Shown piece after piece: positions 56,074 to 64,000 of a stretch of DNA of 64,000 bases. The stretch is taken from positions 32,001-96,000 of the forward strand of contig CAWGXH010000004.1 of NCBI GenBank assembly GCA_963826525.1. The letters run 5' to 3'. A model generated the notes under the pieces. That model did not search any database. It saw only the letters and a list, made by a program, of their open reading frames with translations, and had not been told where the DNA came from. Numbering within the stretch: position 1 is the first letter of the stretch; every line of letters starts with the position of its first letter. Source of the DNA: an uncultured Methanomicrobiaceae archaeon (GTDB taxonomy: Archaea; Halobacteriota; Methanomicrobia; Methanomicrobiales; Methanoculleaceae). Position numbers and translations under genes: made by a program.

Positions 56074-56685
56074 ATAAATTCTGGTTCAGAATATTGCCAA
56101 AATTGTATTTCTCATGATTGAGGTAACACGGGTACTTTACCAGAGGTCATCGGGGCCTTGGTCTGCAAGGGCCTCGGGTTTATTGAACAGTCGGGGGGTT
56201 CTCAATTATGGGGCATCCTTTCGGATATTGCTCTCAAAAACTTCCCAGATTCGGGATGGCAAACAGCCAGCACAATCATGACACGCCGGGCAGGACTCTC
56301 AACGCTGTTGCCGACTATGGCATCCGCTGCCTCCGGATCGACACCATAACACTCAGCGCCAGCGGTGAATACGACAAAGAGAACAACTCCCACGATATAA
56401 CATCACACTAAGGCCTCATCTAAGACAATTACCCAGAAGAGAGAAGGAATGATGAAATGCAGTTTCAGTTCCTCAAGAATTTATCATGCCGGGTGACAAG
56501 GGAACACAGAAAATAAAACTCATAGCAGGAGAAGCAGCAAAGAATATCACGACTACTATGGCAAGGGGATTGGAAAATATCCTGATACTGCTCAACAGAG
56601 ATTACGAAAATAATATTACCGATTGAGACCCGTAATGTGTCGAATGGAAGAGCTATTTTTACATTAATACGGTAACAAGCCTCCA

Positions 56686-57690
56686 ATGGGCTATTCCATA
56701 CAAGAACTGTCAGAGGAAAATGCAGGCGCTTGGGAAGAGTTCAACAACCGATGCTCAGGGGGGACGTTTAACCATGCCCTAAAGTGGAAGAACGTACTGG
56801 AAAATGCATTCAACATCAACCTGAAGTACTGGATCCTCTGGAGAGGGCAGAAGCCAGTCGGCATCTTTCCTTTAAGAAACCGCACAATAGCATTTTTAAA
56901 AGGGCTGGACACCATCCCTCATTCTGAATGCAACAGCATCCTGCTGGACGATGATTTCAATCCAGAAGATCTGGATGACGTACTCTCCTTGTTCGCGTCA
57001 AAGTATTCGTTTCTTTTCCTGAATATGGATAAACAGACACTGTCAGACCATATAGGCTACGACCATTACCCCTTTGACAATACAGGAAATATGGTATTAA
57101 ACTTGCAACAGAATCCACCTGATAGCATCTGGGACAACTTCCCCGCAAAAAAAGGGCAGAGAAAATTTATTCGCAGATTTGACGAGAAGGGTTTTAAAAT
57201 TCATGAGATCCGCCAACAGGAAGAGATCGGATCATTTTACCAGTACTATGCTGAAAATCTAATGCGGATAAACGGAGAGATTCTGCCGATCACCTTTTTC
57301 CAGAAACTTCTGGAAACTTTTTCACCGCATGAGATGCGAGTAACGTCACTATCGAAAGGGGATATTTACGCTGGAGGACTGCTCACCTTCCTGCATCCGG
57401 TCAGCAAGACAGCATATTTTCAGTATCTCTCCCTGAATAGAAACCTGCCCAATACATACCACCCTACCTATTACCTCTTCTGGGAGGGGCTTAATTGGGC
57501 GTGGGACAATGGATATGAAAAGATCTTCTTTGGCCGGCAAAAGTTGGATCCGAACAATACCCGTTTTCGAATAAAGGCTGACTTCGGAGCAGAACATGTA
57601 CCGATTCACTCAAGGATAGTCCTATTATCAAAGAAAGCTGCGGTGCTCTACCGGTCAAGAGAATTGCTCTCCGGAGGTCGAAATCTGTAA
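56686..57690 (+). CDS. FemAB-like double-GNAT protein (type A, copy 1)
   Basis: WEEFN..GTFNHALKW, RKFIRRFDEKG, FYQYYAENL, YLFWEGLNWAWDNGYEKIFFG, KADFGA. Confidence 0.8.
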   Translation: MGYSIQELSEENAGAWEEFNNRCSGGTFNHALKWKNVLENAFNINLKYWILWRGQKPVGIFPLRNRTIAFLKGLDTIPHSECNSILLDDDFNPEDLDDVLSLFASKYSFLFLNMDKQTLSDHIGYDHYPFDNTGNMVLNLQQNPPDSIWDNFPAKKGQRKFIRRFDEKGFKIHEIRQQEEIGSFYQYYAENLMRINGEILPITFFQKLLETFSPHEMRVTSLSKGDIYAGGLLTFLHPVSKTAYFQYLSLNRNLPNTYHPTYYLFWEGLNWAWDNGYEKIFFGRQKLDPNNTRFRIKADFGAEHVPIHSRIVLLSKKAAVLYRSRELLSGGRNL

Positions 57691-57727
57691 TGGCACGTAT
57701 GCCCTTAGGCAGCGCAGTGTTCCGGGT

Positions 57728-57805
57728 ATGGTGCACAGAGAAGCGAGAGAGCTTGAGAGGGATGAACTGCAGACCTGGGATGCGCTGATCGCCGGTTCGG
57801 CATTG
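57728..57805 (+). pseudogene. N-terminal remnant of a type-B GNAT
   Basis: MVHREARELERDELQTWDALIAGSA aligns with MAEPDVRELGQDEFRDWDTLVATSA at 59562. Confidence 0.65.
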
Positions 57806-58048
57806 ATAGCACAGAGACAAAGCAATACTGCCTTGTTGCCGCCACTCCCCAGCACCGATGCCGGACCGGAATGCCTGCAGAGGATTGGATAACTTGGGCA
57901 GACTCTCAATCTGAACGGAGAGGGACGACTACTGCATATGAACATTTTGCAAGCGTTACGTTACAATGCCCTCGTATTTTCAGGAGGCACAGAGGAAAAG
58001 CATGAAATCTCTCCGTCCGGGTATGCAGACGGGGGGTTGACGGCAGGC

Positions 58049-58316
58049 ATGGATCTACCCAAGCAGGACAGTGAGATCTGGGAGTTGTTCACCAGGAAGG
58101 AAGAGCATGAGAGGTGCGGTCAGGACCGGTATGACAGATTCCCCTACTACAGGAGTCGCCACCAGGATCTCTTCGTGCCCCGGGCATCGCAGTTCTCGAT
58201 TGAGAAGGGCTATCACTGCGAATACCCCGATGCGTAGCCATTTGCGGTCCGCCTTACGCACGATATCGACACAGCATACCATCCCTTCCTCTCCAAAGGT
58301 TTTGAGATCGTAAAAG
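58049..58316 (+). pseudogene. Truncated polysaccharide deacetylase remnant
   Basis: MDLPKQDSEIWELFTRKEE...CEYPDA*PFAVRLTHDID...SKGFEIVK is colinear with the gene at 63330; in-frame TAG at 58235-58237 and 3' truncation. Confidence 0.85.
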
Positions 58317-58528
58317 GCCGCATCAAAGCAGACACCGTGGATTCAGACCAGTAACTCGTTTTTCGTGTCCCGTCACCCGATCAACGTGTGGAAATGCGCG
58401 AGCGAACGTAAGGGAACCCGCAAGTACGATTCTTTGAAGAGGAGTAGAAGGAGATCCCCCCTTTATTCGACCGGTCAAATTCGACCAGCGAAATGATTAA
58501 TAGGAATGTACCGTAATGTGCCCCAAAC

Positions 58529-59560
58529 ATGTATTCCATTGAGGTATTGTCAGAGAGTAATGCGTACCAATGGGAAGAGTTCAACAAGCGATCCCGGGAA
58601 GGAACTCTTTTCCATAGCATGCAATGGAAGAAGTTCCTGGAAGACACATTGAAACTGAGACTGAAGTATTACCTTATCCTTGAGAATCGAAAGGTCGTGG
58701 GGATATGCCCGTGTATCGAGCAGTCGGTTCTGGGGTTCCGGGGGCTTACCGACGTCCCCCATTCCGAAGTCAACAACCTCATACTGGACGATTCGTTCGA
58801 TTTCAGTCGAATCAATGACGTTCTGGCACTCTTCTCAAAGGAATGCTCGTTCCTTCACTTCAATACATATAACCCGAATATTCTGGACAGGATCGCGTAC
58901 GACAGTACCACCGTTGAGAGCACCGGAAACATGATCTTGAACCTGAAACAAAAGCCCCCGGATGAAATATGGGGCGGATTTTCAAAAGATATGAGATATA
59001 ATATCCGTATATTCGAAAAGAAAGGTTTTGAAGTCCGGGAAGTACATCAACAGCCTGATGTGGAGACATTTTACCGGTATTACGCAGAAAACCTGAAGTA
59101 TATTAACGGCGAGATCCTGCCGTACTCATTTTTCCAGCGGCTTCTGGAGTCGTATTCACCGAAAGAATTGAGAACTGTGGCATTAACCAATAACGGCCTC
59201 TATGCCGGCGGATCACTGACAATTGCAGATCCGGCTGAAGATACCGCCTATTTCGACTACATGGCCTTAAACCGCGAACTTCCGAATAAATACACTCCAT
59301 CCTACTACCTTTCCTGGGAGGGTATCACCTGGGCATGGGAGAATGGATACGAGAAGATATCCTTTGGACGGCAAAATTTTGACCCGGACAATCCTCGTTT
59401 CAGAAACAAAGCTAAATTCGGGGCTGAATATGTACCGATCCACTCAACACTGGTTCTCTTTTCCAAAGCGACATCGGTGCTGTACCGGTTGAAGAAAAGG
59501 CTGGAGGAGGGTCAAGAGACTCAATCCAAGCGGATTTCCTGCGCAAGTGAGGCACATTAG
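58529..59560 (+). CDS. FemAB-like double-GNAT protein (type A, copy 2)
   Basis: Full-length paralog of 56686: WEEFN, GTLFHS.QW, FYRYYAENL, WEGITWAWENGY, KAKFGA. Confidence 0.82.
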   Translation: MYSIEVLSESNAYQWEEFNKRSREGTLFHSMQWKKFLEDTLKLRLKYYLILENRKVVGICPCIEQSVLGFRGLTDVPHSEVNNLILDDSFDFSRINDVLALFSKECSFLHFNTYNPNILDRIAYDSTTVESTGNMILNLKQKPPDEIWGGFSKDMRYNIRIFEKKGFEVREVHQQPDVETFYRYYAENLKYINGEILPYSFFQRLLESYSPKELRTVALTNNGLYAGGSLTIADPAEDTAYFDYMALNRELPNKYTPSYYLSWEGITWAWENGYEKISFGRQNFDPDNPRFRNKAKFGAEYVPIHSTLVLFSKATSVLYRLKKRLEEGQETQSKRISCASEAH

Positions 59561-59561
59561 G

Positions 59562-60578
59562 ATGGCAGAACCGGATGTGAGAGAACTTGGACAGGATGAG
59601 TTCCGGGACTGGGATACGCTGGTTGCCACATCGGCGCAGGGAACCATTTTCCATACAGGGGACTGGCTGCTCAAGACAGCTTCATCCCTGCATCAGGAAC
59701 CGGTGATACTCGGGTGCTACGAAGACGAGGCATTGATCGGGGGCTGCCCCCTTCTCCTGTCAAATCCATATAAATTGCTCAAAGTTGCTTCTTCCGCAGC
59801 GCTGTTAGCCCCTTACGGCGGGATAGTGGTAGCCGATATAGAGAGTACAAAACGAAGGGAGTGGGAGTTACATACCGACAAAGTCGTTGCATCCATTCGC
59901 GATCATATCGGCCGGAAGAGATTTGACCATGTGAACCTGGTAAATTCTCCGGGATTGGAAGATATTCGAGGGTTCACCCGAAACGGATGGGACGCAAAGG
60001 TACACTACACCTATACGCTCCCGGTTAACGGTGATGTATTTGACCGTATCTCGAAAAATGCACGGCGGAGTATTCGGAAGGCCCAGAAACTGGGCATTAC
60101 CGCAACACAGCATTTTGACGCCGAGATCTACTGGGCGCTCACGGAAAATACCTTCGAGAAGCAAAATTCGCACCCCCCTTTCTCTCAACAACATCTTATG
60201 AACCTGCTGGACACGATCAGAGAGAAGCATCTGGGGGAGATGTGGGTCGCCAGGACTTCTTCAGGAGAGATAGCTGCGGCTGAGGTCATCGTCTACGACA
60301 CGAAAACTGCCCATCGTTGGTCTGCAGCATCCTCTGAAGAGCATCTGAACACGGGGGCGACCTCGCTTCTCCTCGGTGAGGTAATCGCACACTTAGCGGA
60401 TCGGAATTGTCATTCAATCAATTTGATGGCAGGGAACATGGCTCATCTAAGCGCGTTTATGACGAGTTTCAACCCTGACCTTACTCCTTACTATGGCGTT
60501 GAGTTGTCCGGAGTCAGGTATGGCATCGTACGGAGCGTGAACAATCACATAAAAGGTGTGGCTTCCCGTATCACCTAA
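59562..60578 (+). CDS. FemAB-like double-GNAT protein (type B)
   Basis: WDTLV..S.QGTIFH..DWL, PYGG, NARRSIRKAQKLG, GATSLL, FMTSF. Confidence 0.8.
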   Translation: MAEPDVRELGQDEFRDWDTLVATSAQGTIFHTGDWLLKTASSLHQEPVILGCYEDEALIGGCPLLLSNPYKLLKVASSAALLAPYGGIVVADIESTKRREWELHTDKVVASIRDHIGRKRFDHVNLVNSPGLEDIRGFTRNGWDAKVHYTYTLPVNGDVFDRISKNARRSIRKAQKLGITATQHFDAEIYWALTENTFEKQNSHPPFSQQHLMNLLDTIREKHLGEMWVARTSSGEIAAAEVIVYDTKTAHRWSAASSEEHLNTGATSLLLGEVIAHLADRNCHSINLMAGNMAHLSAFMTSFNPDLTPYYGVELSGVRYGIVRSVNNHIKGVASRIT

Positions 60579-60813
60579 AACCCACCTTGCACTTCCGTGA
60601 TGGGGAGGTCTCATCTTCATGGCGCAGGTGAACGAGGATCTACCCCTCAGGCATGCCGGAGGTATGCCGTGCACGGACGAATACACGAGCCCCGTCAGGG
60701 ATGACCTTCCGTCTTTCTGCATAGGATCTGCCTGGCTCAGAAGGATACGGGTGCCACCGTGTAAGCAGGCGCAAAGGAGTATCAGCGTTGTCCGGGAAGG
60801 TGCCCCCAGGACT

Positions 60814-60880
60814 TATTCCCTTGAGGCGTTGTCTGAGAGTAATGCTTGCCAACCTTAATAGCCAATCGCGGGAAGGCACA
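60814..60880 (+). pseudogene. N-terminal remnant of a type-A GNAT
   Basis: YSLEALSESNACQ then, in another frame, NSQSREGT, versus YSIEVLSESNAYQWEEFNKRSREGT at 58529. Confidence 0.7.
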
Positions 60881-61131
60881 CAGCTCGCTGCAGAAGTAAG
60901 TCCACAGGGATATCCTGCGCATAGAGGTGACACCATGGCATGAGGGGACCCGACCAGCTTTGGCTGACCTCTTCACGTATACGTAGTTATTCCCGGCACC
61001 CGGTAAATCCGCACTGTTAGAGGGAATGAACCGCTCTGCGACCAGCGGAATTTTAATATACTCTTAAGGTTTTGTCCATGACAGGCTCCTTCCTGTCAAC
61101 CAGGAAAAATGCCGGCAAAAACTCAAGGAGC

Positions 61132-62932
61132 ATGTACATGGAACAACGAGGTTCTGCCCTGATAAAGGTGCTACTCGCGGCTATCTTCATCCTGATCACC
61201 CTCATTGCATGGATCGCCATCAGCCCAGGCCTTCAGCATTTGCCGATACTTGATTCAGGAACTACGATCTCCGGCACTCTTGTCTGCGAAGATGCCAGTC
61301 CAGGCACAATATGCATCCTCGCACTCTACCCGGTTAGTTACCAGAAAATTCGCGAGATGGAGGCTGAGTCACAGCCGTATATGTCACAATACGTAGCCGC
61401 ATATACAACCCTCTCCGCTCCGGGTTCCTACCGAATCCAGGTTCCCGCACCGGGCGATTACATCCTCTATGCATGGAAGGACACAAATGAGGATGGGGGG
61501 ATCAATCACGAGGACTACCAGGAACCCACCGGGTGGTACCGGACCGACGATTACCTGATGCCGGCGAGCGTCAATGTGACTGCCGGGAAGGACGTTCCGG
61601 GTATCGACCTGGCCCTGATCGCCCCGACCCCCTATCCCCGGGAGGAACTGGGCGTCAGCCGGGGGAGCGGCGGGGGAACCCTGAAGACCGTCAAAGGGTA
61701 TCCCGTCCTGCAACTTCGGGGAACCGCTGAGGAGCGGGCATATGCCCAGGGATACCTTGTCGGTCCGCAGATCCGGGACTGGACAGAGTATGTCCTGGTC
61801 GAGTTCTATGCCCAATCACCGTCACGGTATGAAAACAACCTCCTCCCTTTCATTCGAAGCAACTTCTCGGCGAACGATCCGTACATTCCCGTTGCCGATG
61901 CAATGCTCCAGGGTATGCGGGACTCGGGGATCGATATGCGTATCGACACCCTCGAGAGAGATATCACGCGTGATGATATCCTGGCGATAAACTCTCTGTA
62001 CTCCCTGGTACTGATGAGAGATTCCATACTCAACAAGGAGACGGGTGAATCGGACAGCATAATGTGCTCAAATGCAGTCGTCTGGGGTAACCTGACCCAG
62101 AATCCCGAGCTCTCCGGCGGGGTGATCCACGGCAAGAATATGGATGGAGAGAATGACCTGCGGAAGGTCACGGTGAATACCCTCCTTATCGTCGCCACCG
62201 AACCCGAAGAGGGGAGCGACAGCATGCGGCTCGTGGGTATCGACTGGCCCGGTTTCTACGGAACCTACAACGCCATGAATGAGGAAGGCCTGATCCTGGC
62301 AACGCATTCTTCGTGGTCGTCCGCCCCGGACTTCAGCGCAACCGATCTGCTCGAATACTCCACGCTCTATATGGAAACCCTGCAGCACTGCCGGACCATC
62401 CCCGAGGCAGAGGCCTACTGGAAGTCGCGGAGCATGACCCGGACCGGAGGCTGGAATACTGCAGTCTCGGTTCCATACAAAGCAGATCCCGACGGGATAC
62501 CCTCGGTGACGTTTGAGTCAGATCCCTTCGGCATGGCGGTACGGAGACCCGGTGACATTCCGCCGACCGGCATCCCTGCAATCCTGACAACCAACAATTT
62601 CTATCTCTATGAGCCCGGACCAGACCCTGAAGCGGGAGTAAAGACGAACGTCCCTGCACCCATTCTGCCGACCCATTACCGGTACATCGCGATGAACGAT
62701 ACCCTGAACCGATTCATAAGCGAAGGCCGGAGCATCGGCACGGCAGAGATGATAGCGATCCTGCAATCGGCATCGAACACCACCAGCCACCGCGGGGCTA
62801 CCCAGGTACAGTTACATAGGATACCCCGACACCATGTCCTTTGCCGTCGCACGGGAGGATCTGGAGAGAAAGATCCTTGATGCATCGTACGCGAACTTTA
62901 CGACATTCTCCTTTGAAGAAGTCTTCCAATAA
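61132..62932 (+). CDS. Membrane-anchored Ntn-hydrolase, peptidase C45 / acyltransferase-like (frameshift near 62805)
   Basis: N-terminal TM; LQLRGTAEERAYAQGYL; MCSNAVVWG with Cys nucleophile; IHGKNMD; WPGFYG...AMNEEG; TNNF; restored end FSFEEVFQ-TAA. Confidence 0.78.
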
Positions 62933-63329
62933 CAGCCATTTTTGAGAACACATCATTCAGGGGCAGGAAGAAGTAAAATTCACTTAAAATTCTCACCGGC
63001 ACCATCCTCGAATACAGTACCGGGCATGCTCAGGGGCAAAGGTGGCCGAACCAGCGGAGATTCCTGCAGGCGTTGGGAACAACCACTCGATTCTGCGCTA
63101 GTATATGCCGTTTCATTCTCAGGAACACGGATGAGAGGCAGTCTCCGCATGATGGAGTCTGCTCAGACAGGGTGGAGTGATCGTGAGACCTGTTCGCAGA
63201 GAGAGCGTTAAAGACTGCGCTCATGACAAAATGTCAAACAAAGTTTACAAATGCTCTCGTTTGTCAAGAGAATAGGCGAAAGGCATAAAGATTACAGGCG
63301 CGAGTATGCGGTTGGGCTAGATGCAGACA

Positions 63330-64000
63330 ATGGATATACTCAAGCAAGACGCGGATGTCTGGGATCGGTTCACCCGAAAAGAGGAGTGCGAAGCCTGTGA
63401 TCGAGACCGGCATGATCGGTTTCCGCACTACCGAAGTCGGCATCGGGACGTATTCGTGCCTCGTGCATCGCAGATGCTGGTGGAAAGTGGCTTCCAGTGC
63501 GAATACCCGGAATCGCAGCCGTTTGCGGTCTGCCTTACACACGATATCGACACGGTATACTACCCCCTCCTCTCCAAAGGTTTTGAGATCGTAAAAGCGC
63601 TGAAGAACGGGGATCTATCGCGCGCCGGCCAGATCATCCCGCAACTGCGCTCGAAAAAGCGCCCCGGCTGGAACTTCAAGGAGATCGCAGATCTCGAGGA
63701 GGCCTATGGCACACGCTCCAGTTTCTATTTCCTGACCCTGGAGAAAGGAGACGAGGGATACGCATATGCGATTGAGGATCTGGAGCAGGAGATGTGCACA
63801 CTCCAGGACAGGGGATGGGAGGTCGGTCTGCACGGCGGGTTTGAAGCCTACCGTGACCTCGGCAGCCTGAAGAGAGAGAAGCAAAACCTCGAGAAGGTGC
63901 TGAACCGGAAGGTAACCGGGTATCGAAACCATTATCTCAAGTTTCGGGTACCGGACACCTGGGAGCTGCTGGAGAAGGCGGGGTTCCAGTACGACACCAC
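63330..64000 (+). CDS. Polysaccharide deacetylase (CE4-like), 3' partial
   Basis: Open frame to window end: FAVCLTHDID, SSFYFL, WEVGLHG, GYRNHYLKF, GFQYDT; absent from the ORF track because it has no stop in the window. Confidence 0.88.
   Translation, partial: MDILKQDADVWDRFTRKEECEACDRDRHDRFPHYRSRHRDVFVPRASQMLVESGFQCEYPESQPFAVCLTHDIDTVYYPLLSKGFEIVKALKNGDLSRAGQIIPQLRSKKRPGWNFKEIADLEEAYGTRSSFYFLTLEKGDEGYAYAIEDLEQEMCTLQDRGWEVGLHGGFEAYRDLGSLKREKQNLEKVLNRKVTGYRNHYLKFRVPDTWELLEKAGFQYDT

Noticed and set aside
56158-56411. Gene fragment beside the IS left end
   Set aside because: Short ORFs with no motif I could assign

Overview
Archaeal methanogen DNA, most consistent with Methanomicrobiales (Methanoculleus-like; inferred from gene content). 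Bases 1 to ~39,030 are GC-rich core genome: a dGTPase-like HD protein, an F420-dependent LLM oxidoreductase, two tandem amtB-glnK operons with NrpR-type operators, guaAA, cobT/cobZ/cobS, a sulfite-reductase-like protein, tuf-rps10, a CetZ-type tubulin/FtsZ operon, a glycosylation operon, rpl7ae-rps28e-rpl24e-ndk, thrC, porCDAB, hxlB, apgM and a chorismate-lyase-like/beta-RFAP synthase fusion. From ~39,500 to the end is a more AT-rich, mosaic cell-surface polysaccharide region. It holds two secreted beta-helix proteins, a polytopic membrane protein, three GT4 glycosyltransferases, one intact and one decayed tnpB-only IS200/IS605 element, three FemAB-like GNATs with remnants, a C45-like Ntn-hydrolase and a polysaccharide deacetylase. 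Many genes, including EF-1alpha, carry isolated frameshifts that are most likely sequencing indels. Best leads: a ~360-nt promoter-preceded structured RNA candidate at 16,391-16,748; the deacetylase/FemAB-GNAT/Ntn-amidase glycan-tailoring module; a circularly permuted CBM-like domain inserted into a beta-helix; and an intact TnpB with a TAM and guide predictable from its ends. No CRISPR array, tRNA or rRNA was recognised.
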